DNA from: Octopus bimaculoides
Taxonomy: Eukaryota
Direction: 5' to 3'
Length of the DNA: 35,084 nt
Assembly (NCBI RefSeq): GCF_001194135.2
Contig: NC_068995.1
Location: 20,145,351-20,180,434 of the forward strand
Shown here: in pieces, positions 1 to 12,534 of the stretch
Layout of the letters: each line of letters begins with the position of its first letter
Position numbering within the stretch: the first letter of the stretch is position 1
Position numbers and translations under genes: made by a program
The notes under the pieces: model-generated
What the model was told of the DNA's origin: nothing
The model's database searches: none
Seen by the model: only the letters and a program-made list of their open reading frames with translations

Positions 1-254
1 ATATATATATATGTGTGTGTGTGTGTTTAAAATTAAAATTTAGACACGAGACTTTATAATGTAGTATCCAAGCCTTGTTTTGGCTATGTTCATATTAGTG
101 TGCATTGAGAGCACGTTCTTCACATACGGCTGCCAGGCGTCATCCGTGGTACAGCGTTTTAGTCGCAGGATCTAAATAAGGAAATCGTCAGTATACGTTT
201 GGTATATTTGAAATTATTGATAGGGAAGACAGAGTTGTATTGTTAGCATTGTTT

Positions 255-364
255 GGCACGTCGATCGTTTCGGCTTACATCGGCACTGCTCCCTAGTAGG
301 AGGGAAACGATATAATGGAATCAAATGTACGCCACAGTGCAGAAGAAACCTCATCAGGTTGCAT
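255..364 (-). ncRNA. Degenerate hammerhead-like motif with long stem II insert (probable Penelope remnant)
   Basis: Minus strand: GCAAC-CUGAUGA-GGUUU...(~70 nt)...AAGCC-GAAAC-GAUCGAC-GUGC. Core and stem II are intact; stem III, cleavage triplet and stem I are damaged. Confidence 0.4.
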
Positions 365-1320
365 AATATGTTACAGTGTTATAATATATACACATTTCGC
401 TGATGTGTGTGGAAGTATGCTATTGGTATGATGCGTGCTTTTATAGTAGTTCACAGACCCGTTAATAGATGTAGACACACATAATATAAATATTTCTAAA
501 TATTCGACTAGAATATATTTTCCTGTGGAAAATTCTCGCAAAATCTCAATAACCAAAAATCTCTGAGTAATATAAATTAATATAATGTTATTTGATTAAA
601 TGTATTGCAAGGCAAATACATTAAAATAAATACACATATTATACCCCGGACATATACGTATTTCTGGCAGCTGGGTGTACATTAAAAACACAAACAGAAG
701 TTTCTTCCGCTGGAGGACAACTTATAATATATTTGAACTTAACAAAGTTGTATATACCCCAGAGATGGACTAGTTAAGACACGAGGTGTAAAAATTTCAT
801 TTGAAATGTCAGTGAATTCAATTCTCTTTGCCCGTAGAAACATACAGAAAGAAAGCATTAACAGTTTTAAGATTAACCTAAGCTGGGAGCAATAAATTGG
901 AAATATCTCTCAAAATACATCATGAATTGATTTTTCTTTTCCGAAACATTTCGAACGTGCTACTCCCAAAATAAATAGCTTAGAACAATATAAATTACTT
1001 GAATGCTATGTACTCTGAGTTAGATATACACCAAATAAATATGCACTATTTTATATACTCGAGACTCTTACAGGTTCCTATCAACTAAATGAATGTTAAA
1101 AAAGAAAAAAAAGTACAATCAGACTTTCAAACACAGATGGTTCATAATGAAACAAACAAACATGGTTCAGATCGACATAAGTGAATGCACGTGCAGTGGT
1201 ATATATGTATATATGTGCACGTATGTGTGTGTGTGTGTGTATTTGTGTGTGCGTGTGTGTGTGTGTGAGTGTGTGTGTTTGTGCATGTGCGTAGATATGC
1301 ACATATCTTTATCCTTTTCT

Positions 1321-1590
1321 TGTTTCATTCATTAGACTGCTGCCTTCATTAGATCGCCTTGAAGAATCTTTAGTTGAATGAATCGACCCTACTACTTAAA
1401 CCAAACCGCTAAGTTACGGGGACGTAAGCAAACCAACACTGGTTGTCAAGCGGTTGTGGGGGACTAACACGTACGCAGAGACACACACACACACGTACAC
1501 ACAGACACACACACATGCACATGCACACACGTACATACAAACTCACCCATACATACAACGTGTTTCTTTCAGTTTCCGTCTCCCTAAACC
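1321..1590 (-). mobile_element. SINE family B, headless fragment
   Basis: AACCGCTAAGTTACGGGGACGTAA...GGTTGTCAAGCG...TTTCTTTCAGTTTCCGTCT, shared with 13310-13705. Confidence 0.8.
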
Positions 1591-1638
1591 TGAGTCTATA
1601 CATACATACATACATACATACATACATACATGCATACT

Positions 1639-1670
<32 letters not shown>

Positions 1671-1805
1671 TATNNNNNNNNNNNNNNNNNNNNNNNNNNN
1701 NNNNNNNNNNNNNNNNNNNNNNNNNNNNNNNNNNNNNNNNNNNNNNNNNNNNNNNNNNNNNNNNNNNNNNNNNNNNNNNNNNNNNNNNNNNNNNNNNNNN
1801 NNNNN

Positions 1806-2022
1806 AAAATAATACTGACATCTCATTTTAACAGATATACTTACCAAAATTACATAAGAATATTTTGAAATACTAAAGAGAAATTTATTTATTAAATCGA
1901 CATAGGCTTCAACCACGGTCTCCAAACGACTTCGGAATCTTCTGCAGCTCTTCTAGACAGTCTTCTCGTTTAAGTTGGTGAATGCTGCCATAATCCTTGT
2001 CTTCAGTTCATCTTTGGTAGTA
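1806..2022 (-). mobile_element. Tc1/mariner-superfamily transposase C-terminal fragment plus downstream sequence
   Basis: Minus strand translates as KDELKTRIMAAFTNLNEKTV*KSCRRFRSRLETVVEAYVDLI, a typical Tc1/mariner C-terminus with an in-frame stop; runs into an N gap. Confidence 0.7.
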
Positions 2023-2084
2023 ATAAATAGTTGACAACTGAGGAGGCGTTAGACTTCTTTTCGTATTTTGTCCTGTACTTTCTC

Positions 2085-2240
2085 ATTACGTTCTGAGGTC
2101 AAATGCCGCTGGGGTCGGCTTTGCCTTTCATCCTTTCTGGGACGATAAATTAAGTACCAGTTACGCTCTGGATTCAATATAATCAACTGGTTCCCCTCTC
2201 CCAAATTTCAGGCCTTGTGCCTATTGTAGAAAAGATTATA
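2085..2240 (+). mobile_element. SINE family A (tail type 2), diverged and 5' truncated
   Basis: TTACGTTCTGAGGTCAAATGCCG...GCCTTTCATCCTTTCTGGGACGATAAATTAAGTACCAG...GGCCTTGTGCCTATTGTAGAAAAG. Confidence 0.85.
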
Positions 2241-2508
2241 TATTCGTCTTCACTGTCCTTTTTACGTTCTACATTACAATGTTGCTGAAGTTCACTTTAC
2301 GTCCTGCAAAAACGTTAGATTTGTAATAGTAATATACAGGAAACTTCAACCTCTTACAGCGCTGATCGTTTATTCTCTAGAAGCAAAGTGATTAATTTCG
2401 TACTGCAAGTACACGATCCTTTCTCCAGAATTTTAAAATCTGGAGAGCCCTCCGAAACCGAACTTTTTCGTGGAGGGTGTAGCGCATCATAACAGGGGTT
2501 GTTTGGTA

Positions 2509-2582
2509 GCAACACTTGGCATATGGGCATATGGCATATGGGCATATGGCATATGGGCCGCAACACTTGGCATATGGGCCGC
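2509..2582. repeat. Short tandem repeat of GGCATATG with duplicated GCAACACTTGGCATATGGGC
   Basis: Six CATATG palindromes in 60 bp. Confidence 0.9.
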
Positions 2583-3254
2583 TATATGTCGTAAATTTGA
2601 ACATAACATCATATGTTCAAATTATTGCTTTCCATTTCAGGATAACAATGCTCGCGCTTCTAGGAAGTCACCAATATCAGTCAGATCTGCTGTCTTAAAT
2701 TAGGCCCTTGAATCTTTTGAAAAACAAATACACTACAACAATTGGTTACAACCGAATACTGAAGGCATTTGAAATAACGAAGGATTAGACACTGTTAGAC
2801 CGTCTCTGATCATAGGTCTCTCTCTCATTTACGAGTGATCTACGCACAAACGCCAACAGCGTAACATATCGATGAAAAAAGAGTAACCAGTAATATACTG
2901 CGGTCGAAATTGCCGTCTTTTATGTTGTTAGCTACGTAAGATAGGGGTTTATACCTTGTGCTATAATTTGTTTTTGCAGAAACTTTGAAAAACTGTAATA
3001 ATATAATTTTTTAAAAAATCGTTGAACACTATTCTACAACAAACTTTCGAATGAAGAAAAATATTCCGATACGGTTGTGTTCCGTGTATTGCGGAAAAGA
3101 GAGAAAAATGAGAGCGAGAGTTGTTCTTATTATTTGAGCCATGACGCTCTAGGGATATCGTTCTTTCAGCCATGGAAGTCTTGAAGGAAATTGCTTAAAC
3201 TGAAATAAGAACATACAGCGTGGAATCGTATCACGATATACTAAGGCTCTCTAG

Positions 3255-3280
3255 ATGTGTATAAGTATGTTTATATGTAC

Positions 3281-3311
<31 letters not shown>

Positions 3312-3397
3312 TCTATGTATGTATGTATGTATGTATGTATGTATGTATGTATGCATGTATGTATGTATGTATGTGTATATGTGTATGTATGTATGCA

Positions 3398-3477
<80 letters not shown>

Positions 3478-3506
3478 CATAGAGAGAGAGAGTGAGAGAT
3501 AAAAAC

Positions 3507-3565
<59 letters not shown>
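3255..3565. repeat. Compound microsatellite (ATGT)n-(AT)n-(AG)n-(ATAG)n
   Basis: Read directly. Similar compound arrays at 1200-1300, 1590-1673, 4200-4450, 21245-21656, 23580-23840, 32260-32398, 32744-32960, 33230-33560 and 34680-35084. Confidence 0.97.
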
Positions 3566-4230
3566 CGCATTCACAGTCACATATATTCGATAAATTTTTT
3601 ATTGAATACTTATTCGTGAAAGTGTGATTCCTTTTTGGATGACCTAAGATGTGTTTTGTAGAACATGTCAATCAATCAAGCTCTCTTTCTCTGTCTGTAC
3701 GTCCTCTCTCTTCCTCTCTTTCTGATGCATGCGTGTGTGTGTGCGTGTATGTGTGTGTATGTACGTATGTACGTATGGCTGGAGATTAAATACATTGAGA
3801 TGGATTCGGCTTGTGTACGTGTGCGTAAATACATATGAAAGACAAAACTAAATTCGTATGTGTGCAGCAGCTTTGTCAGAACTCTAAAACTAACGAAGAT
3901 GAAATATTTATAAAGTAGATCTGATGAAATCTATTTCAAGAAATAATTTTATATGAATGTTTGGTTTATTAAAGAAACAATAAAAGTCTGGAGGTTTCTA
4001 AATAGGAAATAGCCTTAATCCTAGAAATACTTGTTAAGTAGTAGCTACTATCTATGAGTGGGTTTTCTTTAAATGACGCACATAAACACATTTACAGACA
4101 TCGAAACACAGAGACGGAAATAGACCCACAAAAACATACCTACACAAATATACACGCATAAGCACATACGCACCTATGCACACGTATACATATGCGTACG
4201 CGCTTGTATGCATACATATATCAATGCATA

Positions 4231-4265
<35 letters not shown>

Positions 4266-4749
4266 NNNNNNNNNNTATATACATACACACACACACACAC
4301 ACATACATATATCTATATATGTTTTTATAAAACATACATACATACATATATATACGCATGCACATACACAAGCACACACATGCAAACATTCGCACACACG
4401 CACACACACACACATACACATACACACACACTCACACACACATATACACATAATTTCCTGTCCTGAAAAAAATGGCTAACAATGGCAAAAAAACACAGAG
4501 AATATAATAAACAATAAAATGTAAGCTACAAAGAATAACTATAAAAATCTATGACGTTAAAATACAACAATCACCTTTACATCAACCATCGCCCCTACAA
4601 CAACTTCAGAACAACAACAAGTATTGAAAATCTGTTAGATATCGCAGTAAATACATAGATAAACAAAGGAGGAAAGACTATACAAAAAGCGCAGTAACAT
4701 TGAAAATTTTTACAGAATATACGCGTGTGTATGTATTTATATATATATG

Positions 4750-4803
<54 letters not shown>

Positions 4804-5828
4804 NNNNNNNNNNNNNNNNNNNNNNNNNNNNNNNNNNNNNNNNNNNNNNNNNNNNNNNNNNNNNNNNNNNNNNNNNNNNNNNNNNNNNNNNNNNNNNNNN
4901 NNNNNNNNNNNNNNNNNNNNNNNNNNNNNNNNNNNNNNNNNNNNNNNNNNNNNNNNNNNNNNNNNNNNNNNNNNNNNNNNNNNNNNNNNNNNNNNNNNNN
5001 NNNNNNNNNNNNNNNNNNNNNNNNNNNNNNNNNNNNNNNNNNNNNNNNNNNNNNNNNNNNNNNNNNNNNNNNNNNNNNNNNNNNNNNNNNNNNNNNNNNN
5101 NNNNNNNNNNNNNNNNNNNNNNNNNNNNNNNNNNNNNNNNNNNNNNNNNNNNNNNNNNNNNNNNNNNNNNNNNNNNNNNNNNNNNNNNNNNNNNNNNNNN
5201 NNNNNNNNNNNNNNNNNNNNNNNNNNNNNNNNNNNNNNNNNNNNNNNNNNNNNNNNNNNNNNNNNNNNNNNNNNNNNNNNNNNNNNNNNNNNNNNNNNNN
5301 NNNNNNNNNNNNNNNNNNNNNNNNNNNNNNNNNNNNNNNNNNNNNNNNNNNNNNNNNNNNNNNNNNNNNNNNNNNNNNNNNNNNNNNNNNACGAAGGGAA
5401 AAAGAGAAAGAGAGAAAGAGAGCAACACAAATACAACCACAAAACAACAAATTTGTTATTTATTCGAGATGAAATTTTCACTTTTTTTTTTGTTGTTACT
5501 GTTATTCCTGTATTTTCGTTTTCGATTTCTGTGATTCTTTCTTGTCTTCTTACTTTTTTAAATTTTTTATTGTCATAATTGAAATGTTGTCCCAGTTGTA
5601 AAAACAACTCAATTATAGGCTTCTTTCAACTGGAGTTTAAATAATGCTATCGATGTAGGTGAATAAAACATGTTTGTACCTTTCTCAGTAGCTTTGATAG
5701 TTTTAGCTTCATAATTTTTATTATTTATCTGGGGTTTTTTTTCTGGAAGGCTGGCAGGACCATAACTCCTCACGGAGTTTACGTATCTGGTGAAAATTAG
5801 AAAATGAATTTTCTTAAAACGGGAACTT

Positions 5829-6225
5829 TTGTGGAATGCTTACAACGGGGTGAACTGCACTAAAGGTATCCCTGTGACCTGACGTAGTGCTAAATGGAAT
5901 AACGGTTTAAAGCTACTATCCAAATGGTCTATGGTGAGATTTGAGCTCAGCACTTTTTGGTTTTTACCTGTTAAATGGGAAGGATTAATAATACCCATGA
6001 TCCTTTACAAAGTTTTCGAAAGTGGCGAGGAAGTGGAAAGTAATTATCCTGGAACCAGAACTTCGGTGGAATGCTTGCAGCCGAGCGAACTTCGCTAAAG
6101 GTACCCAAGCTGCCATGTAGTGAGACAGGTTAAGCCTACTATCCAAATATGCTACAGTTAGATTTGGAGACAGAACTCAGAGAGCCGGAACAAATGCTAC
6201 AAGCCACCCGCTCGTCCACCGCCCA
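5829..6225. repeat. Two diverged neighbouring copies of an unclassified repeat
   Basis: GTGGAATGCTT...CTAAAGGTA...CTACTATCCAAAT...AGATTTG occurs at ~5832-5945 and ~6066-6168. Confidence 0.7.
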
Positions 6226-7017
6226 ACGCTGGTAATCTGTTTCCTTTTCTGCCCTAGAAGAATGTAAAGCAAATTTGATCGTTGCAGAATTTCAACTTAG
6301 AGTTTAAAGAGCCACAATAATCACTTCAATGCTTTTTGTCCGACGCCTTTCAAACTACTTTTCTATAGAAAATGGATATAGCTTGACCCACGACTGCCTG
6401 CCAAGACGCTTACTGCTAAGTGGACAGCAGAAATTTCAGAACTCCTATTCTAGGTTGATCTAACAAACGAACCCCTTCGTGGTCGCTCTACTTGGTAGAA
6501 TTAACAGCCATTTCTTCTTGTCTGAAGGAAGAACATGTTGGATATTTGAACCTGGGTTGACTACACACAGGAAAAAACGTGATGGGCAAGGTTGATCTCG
6601 ACCACTATTCAACACTATTTCATGTCGGCCATCTTTTTCTCCATCTTTGTTTCCTCTCATTCTCTATATTCACTTCCCGCATAAATCAAATGCGTGTCCT
6701 GTCGCTAGACATCCACCTTTCCCTCACTATTCACGCTGCTCTCCACACCCTCTTTTAGTACTGCCATTTATCTCTTCTTTCCCGACCCACTCCCATGTCT
6801 CTTAGAAATAACGGACAAATTATCGTCTAATGGCATTCTTCTATTTGATAAAAAAAAAAAGGAGCATATTGGAAAATTATTGTCCTATATATTTATTTAT
6901 ATGTGATGGTCATGTGTCGAAGGCCCTTGAATCTATTTCTGCTCAGTGTGAGCTGACTTGGGGCTAACTAACAAAAGTAACAAGTAAAACATAATGTTAA
7001 TTTCATAAGTATTTATA

Positions 7018-7036
7018 AATTTTGAGAGAACATGAA

Positions 7037-7107
<71 letters not shown>
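7018..7107. repeat. (ATT)n microsatellite
   Basis: About 23 perfect ATT units at 7038-7107. Confidence 0.97.
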
Positions 7108-7301
7108 GAAACGATGAATCTCGAAGCAGATAAAGTTGTAAATAACAGCATGTAAAAATCTAAAAGAAAATCTTTGGCGAGAAAATGTCGAAGGCTGCTC
7201 CTGAGACTCGAACCACTTCTCCTCTATACACAAATCCCACAGGCAGCATTCGACATCTTCTATCCAAAGGGTTTTCTAACCCAATATTTACACGGTATTA
7301 A

Positions 7302-7530
7302 GGCGGTGAGCTGGCAGAAATGTTAGCACGCCGGACGAGATGCTTAGTGGTATTTCGTCTGTCTTTACGTTCTGAGTTCAAATTCCGCCGAGGTCGACTT
7401 TGCCTTTCATCCTTTCAGGGTCGATAAATTAAGTACAAGTTACGCACTGGCGTCGATGTAATCGACTTAATCCCTTTGTCAGTCCTTGTTTGTCCTCTCT
7501 ATGTTTAGCCCCTTGCGGACAATAAATAAA
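7302..7530 (+). mobile_element. tRNA-derived SINE family A (tail type 1)
   Basis: Head GGCGGTGAGCTGGCAGAAATGTTAGC, B box GAGTTCAAATTCC, central GCCTTTCATCCTTTCAGGGTCGATAAATTAAGTAC, tail TTTGTCCTCTCTATGTTTAGCCCC, A-rich end. Confidence 0.9.
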
Positions 7531-7533
7531 TAT

Positions 7534-7718
7534 GAAACGTTAGCATACCGGTATTTCGTCTGTCTTTACGTTCTGAGTTTAAATTCCGCCGAGGTCGATT
7601 TTGCCTTTCATCCTTTCGGGGTCGATGAATTAAGTACCAGTTGCGTACTGAGGTCGATCTAATCGACTAGTCCCCTCACCCCAAATTTCGGGCCTTGTGC
7701 CTATAGTAGAAAAGAATA
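7534..7718 (+). mobile_element. SINE family A (tail type 2), 5' shortened
   Basis: Same B box and central motif; tail CCAAATTTCGGGCCTTGTGCCTATAGTAGAAAAG. Confidence 0.9.
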
Positions 7719-7732
7719 TTTACACGTTAATA

Positions 7733-7922
7733 AGGCAGCGAGCTGGCAAAAACGTTAGCACGCCGGGCGAGATCCTTAGCAGTATTTCGTCTGTCTTTAC
7801 GTTCTGTGTTCAAATTCTGCCGAGATCAACTTGGCCTTTCATCCTTTTGACTTGGGTCGATCTAATCGACTGGCCCGCCTCCGCCAAAATTTCGGGCCTT
7901 GTGGTTAGAGTAGAAAAGAATA
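7733..7922 (+). mobile_element. SINE family A (tail type 2), internal deletion
   Basis: Full head; central motif lacks the GTCGATAAATTAAGTACCAG segment. Confidence 0.9.
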
Positions 7923-8089
7923 CTTACACGTTATTATTTACACCTAGTTTTATCGGTTTTGCGATCACCATTCCAAAAAAAGGCATTATTGATTTCTTAT
8001 ATTGGTCTAAAGACCCCAAAGAACAGATGAATTTGTAGCTGTTCTTCAAATTATTATACTTAATTTCTTTCACATGCATAAGTCTAAAT

Positions 8090-8230
8090 TAATGGCGAGA
8101 GGGGAATAGAATACAATTCGATTTGATCGTATCAAATTTGTTCTTGATTGGAAGTTATTTTATCAACCGAGGAAGGATAATAAAAGTTACCGCCGAACTC
8201 GGCAGGATTTGAACTCAGTTCGTAAGGAGG
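8090..8230 (-). mobile_element. SINE family A, highly diverged
   Basis: TTTTATCAACCGAGGAAGGAT...CGGCAGGATTTGAACTCAG is the reverse complement of the B box and central motif. Confidence 0.6.
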
Positions 8231-9084
8231 AGTAAGTCATCATTGTAATTTATTTTTAATCGGCGTTCCGTCGTTTCTGGCATTGAATTGCTTTTCGTAA
8301 TAATACTATTAACAATAATAATGGATCTTTCTTTTTTTCTTTTGCGTAATATAGGATTTAGGGCGAAAATGAAGAACGTTCAGGAATCTAGACAAGAATC
8401 TTAAGATTTCAGAGCGAATATAAAAAAAAGTTATTAGGAAATAAATGAAATTACGAAATAATTGCCTCTTGTGAAATTTTACGGCAAATTCAGCATGTTT
8501 TCCATCAAACATTAAAAGAATAATCCGATATTTGCTATCGAATCTAGTTTGGTTCAATTAGAATAATAAGGAAACAAAAAAAAAAAAAGGAAGAAAAACA
8601 ATTTTCAATTTCTTAGCAAATTTTCAGAATTGAAAAAAATAGGAGCTTTATACTCTTTTTTTCCTTTTCTTTCTTTTCGTTAATTTGAAGAATATGGATC
8701 TAAAGTTGAAAACTTAAAATAATCTACGTAATCATTTAATTAAAGTTCTTCCTATAAGCTTTGAATCAGAAAAAAAAAACGTTTCTTTTCTTTCTTCCCT
8801 TTTTTTTTTTAAATTTTCATCAATGGAATACTTTTCTTTACTTTAGATATTATTTAGCATAAAATTGAATAAAAACGCTTTAAATATATTTAGATTTTAT
8901 AAAGAGTTATTTTCAAACTTTAATTTTCTCCTTAATTTAATTAAATTTTCTTTTTAAGTTGAAGTAACTTTTTCCAACTAAAATTTTTAAAGTTATTTCA
9001 GATCACAGCTATGGATCGTTCGTCAAAATTAACAATGCTTTCTAAACGTAGCAGAAGACCAGTATCTTTTGAGGGTAGGTGTCT

Positions 9085-9225
9085 AACAATTTCAACGACC
9101 TCATTACATGACTGGTACTTTATTTAATCGATCCCGAAAGGATGAACTGCAAAGATGACTTTGATGGGATTTGAACGCAGAAGGCAAAGTTTTTGTTTTC
9201 CGATGTGCTAACGATTCAGCGAATC
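9085..9225 (-). mobile_element. SINE family A, diverged
   Basis: CTGGTACTTTATTTAATCGATCCCGAAAGGATGAA...GGGATTTGAACGCAGAA...GTGCTAACGATTC. Confidence 0.7.
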
Positions 9226-9379
9226 CATCGCTAATACTAATGATTTTTTGAAATATAGATCATTAGGCTTCGCCACATAAAATATACAGCCTATCCTAAG
9301 TATTTACTCACAGCACGTGGTTCTGACAGCTGTCCAATATCCTATGGATTCGGCCACTTATTAATTCCGAAGAATTGAT

Positions 9380-9545
9380 CGCCAAATCTCCATCAAATCA
9401 CAAAGCGCCGTCGTGATAAAGAACACGACGAATAATGTTCTTGTGTGATAGTCACAGCTGAAATTCGTATGATCATTGGTCTGTTCAGTCTGGACTAACC
9501 TAGGGCTAAAACGACAACATCAAAACGACAAAAGAGCAACAACAG
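9380..9545 (+). repeat. Unclassified dispersed repeat (family C) ending GGGCTAA plus (ACA)n-like tail
   Basis: Motif GATGGTCA(C/T)(A/G)GCTG...GATCAT(A/T)GGTCT...CT(A/G)ACCT(A/G)GGGCTAA. Related pieces near 2775-2830, 6790-6985, 9770-9900, 10180-10290, 26880-27000, and reversed at 12385-12510. Confidence 0.55.
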
Positions 9546-10757
9546 AATAGCTAGATATTCTTTCAGCGACCCTGCAAGTATGAAAAAGTAAAAATAGTTC
9601 TAAATGCTAACTTGAAGATTGATAATTGATAATAAAAATTGTTTTCCATTATTACAATATCAGAAATATCTCAAGGAAAGAGACAACCTATTAAATCGTC
9701 CACATTATGCAATCGCTATTTATTTGTTCCAGCGAAACAGTCTCTGATTAAACGTTCCACTTGCTAAGTCTATCGAAAATCATTCCGTACCCTTTTAAAA
9801 AAATGAGGGAACGAAACATGAATTAAGGTAATCCGAGTAGTACAATCTCTGAAATGTTGGGATAGCTACTGCTGGATCACAGCTCTACATCATCATTGGC
9901 CGAGTTTGTCAACTGGTGATATTTATTTTATCAACACTGGAAGGATGAAAAGCAAATCCAAGCTTGCCGCAGTTTAAAATTAGCGCATGAACCTTGAACA
10001 AACAATAAGCCTGTTATAGTCTAAAACTTGTTACATTGTACATGAAGTAGCAAAGAACCTGTCACAATTTGAAACTTGTTCTATGAAACAGAAAAGGCTA
10101 ACTTATCACAGTTAAAATGCAGCACGTCTCACATAAAGAAACAACGAAGTAACAGAGCCACATTTTCCTCAAATCACACTCTACTGTCCTATAATGAAAG
10201 AAAAGCGTAGAAATATAGTCCTATGTGTACAAAATCCTCGATGGTCACAGAGAGAACACATTTGGCTGTAGTTCAGTTTTGCCAGAGCTAACCAAATGTC
10301 GTGATTTATATAATCTTGTTTTAATGGATTTTGTTAAAGTGGTTCTCAATAAACTTATTGGTTTCTCTAAAAGATGCAATTTACTGCTGATGTTGTTAAT
10401 ATTCTTGTTTTTTAGATAGTGTGGGTAGGGAATAATCAAGCAACCTTATGATCAGCTTGTTCTAGCAACGGTCATCCCATCTGACTTTGAGATTATTATG
10501 CACCTGAGATTACATTACTTTGAGTATACAAGTCCTTCCATTTGTAAGAAAGCTGGAAGCGATTCAAGGTAGATTTGGCCCCTATTTCAAACAGGTTGAG
10601 CGACCACACACTTTTGCTGGTAATTGATATTCTTGGGTGGGTTTTATCAAGTGTGTGTGTATAAAACAGCAAGCGTACTGTCATGAAAAACAAATTGAAA
10701 GCAAAGTGATAATATTAGGTTTACGCTCAAGGCAAGGGAAGGAAGTAGATGTGTCTT

Positions 10758-10790
10758 CAATGTTTCGAGTTTAAGCTCTTTGTCATACAC
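10758..10790 (-). ncRNA. Degenerate minimal hammerhead-like remnant
   Basis: Minus: AUGACAA-A-GAGC-UUAA-ACUC-GAAAC-AUU, resembling CUGAUGA-A-GAGC-loop-GCUC-GAAACGU; several mismatches. Confidence 0.25.
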
Positions 10791-12534
10791 AGAGAGGTAG
10801 GTAAGAAAAGGGCAACAGAAATGGAATAATGGATAAATATGATTTAGAATATAGCAAAGCATGTTAGAAAGGAGCAGAAACGACAGGAAGTTAGTCAGAA
10901 GAGAGTGACAAGGGAGATAACTGCACGCCGTTAAAGCATGAGTGCGCATATGCGTCTGTGTATGCTGTTTGATCAAATATGTGTTTGTGTGCCGGTGGTT
11001 CTCTTTCACTGTACGCGTGCGTTTGTATTCATATCCAGTACACTGCGCTGACCATGTATATGTTGTGATTCTTCGTGTGTATCCATATGTTACGCATGCA
11101 GATTCATGAGAGCTTGTGTGTAAATGTGGGGGGGGGGGCACGCGTGTGCATGTAACTGATACGTAGTCAAGCAAATTCCCTTCGGTTGCTTTCGGTTCCT
11201 TTCGGTTAAAACCATATTGTATCCACACGTTGAAAACCTTTTGTGGGATATCCGTGCCAGATGTACACACGTTCAACCCATAGAAAACGGTTCACTAAAC
11301 GCTGCTTTTCGTTGAGTCTAGGAAAATGCGTAGCGGCCAGTGTTCATGTAATAGCAGCGGCAACTTACTTAATTCACACTTCAAGTTCGAAAGTAGAGTT
11401 TTGTTAGAAGAGGAGACACTTATCCAAAACACTGCGCACAAGGATTGAACTTGGTATCTCGTATTTTAAAAACGAAACTCTTAAGCACATAGTCCTGTTT
11501 GCACCATATTTGTGGCCCTGTTGATACTTATGGCGGTAAGTGCCTGGAGTAAGGGTGCAGTTTTGTTGCTGAGGATACAGAAAGAAAAGAAAAGAAAAAA
11601 AAAGCTGAGTATAATACAATTATTCTGAAAATCAATTTAATTCTACACTTTCTTTCTTTCTTTCTTTCTTTCTTTTTATATCCACGTAAAAATGTTTTAT
11701 TTTTTATTTTACCTAATCAGTTTCCAAATTAGTTTTTTTTGTTCTGTTTTAAAGTATGTTTTGTATTTCTTTTTTTACGTAATTTCATTTTGTTTAATTA
11801 TTTTTTTCTTACTTTCCACTTTCCTTTTTTTTTTTTGTCTATATATATATATATCGTAAGGGAAATTGAAATTCAATAAGGTATATAGAGATGTTGTATA
11901 AACGTAGTATGTGTAGGTATATTTGTGTGTATATGTACGTGTGTGTATGTGTGTGTATTTATATGTGTATATGTACGTTTATTCTCTCAACAACAACAAT
12001 AACAATAATAATAATAATAAATAAATAAATAAAAACAATAATAACAATAACTTTCTAAGAAATACACAAAAAAAATCAGAAATTATTGGTGAGAATATAT
12101 CACCTTCATTGCCGTTTTCTTTTTTACTCTTTTTTCTGGTATATATGAGGATTCTTTTCCTTTTTTTCTTAAATTTTATTCATTCATTTTCTTTTGCCCC
12201 TTCAGTTCACCATTTATTTTTACTCAACCTTTCCCGGTGAAACATTTACTTTCGTTTTTACATTTCTTTTTTATATATGATAATATCGGCCTTTCTTTCT
12301 TTAATGGTAGTAGCAGTGATGATGGTATGCTGCTGATGGTGATAGAACTGAAGCCATCATCAGTACTGTTACTACTACAGCTTTTGCTGCTGTTCAGGCG
12401 CCGAGGTCAATCCTGCTCTGCAATCAAAAACATTCCAGCCACGACAATTCCGTCTTATTTCCAGCTACAAGATATCTAAAAACACATCCACCAGTATGTT
12501 CTCTCTTGGCTTGAAGTGGTGTTGACAGTGTGTT

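Noticed and set aside
2509-2582. CRISPR-like or MAYG/ICHMP peptide repeat
   Set aside because: No unique spacers, eukaryotic context, and no splice or coding support.
2961-3173. ATG-started 70-aa ORF (MAERTISLERH...)
   Set aside because: No homology recognised and no supporting signals.
5533-5625. Peptide PIIELFLQLGQHFNYDNKKFKK before a GTAAGA donor (minus strand)
   Set aside because: The good upstream acceptor gives stops in all frames; the only in-frame acceptor is purine-rich and weak.
8300-9050. Long A/T-skewed tract, possibly a UTR or promoter
   Set aside because: Low complexity with no definable signal; the same applies to 11600-12240.
10647-11276. 209-aa minus-strand ORF
   Set aside because: Alternative start codon, partly CA-repeat derived, no recognisable domain or splice structure.
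11490-11541. Plus-strand donor GCG|GTAAGT after a short hydrophobic frame
   Set aside because: Isolated, adjacent to a SINE head remnant, and no convincing acceptor.
12237-12479. ORF with hydrophobic LLLLQLLLL stretch
   Set aside because: It overlaps a reversed family C repeat and its CAG/TAG-type simple tail.
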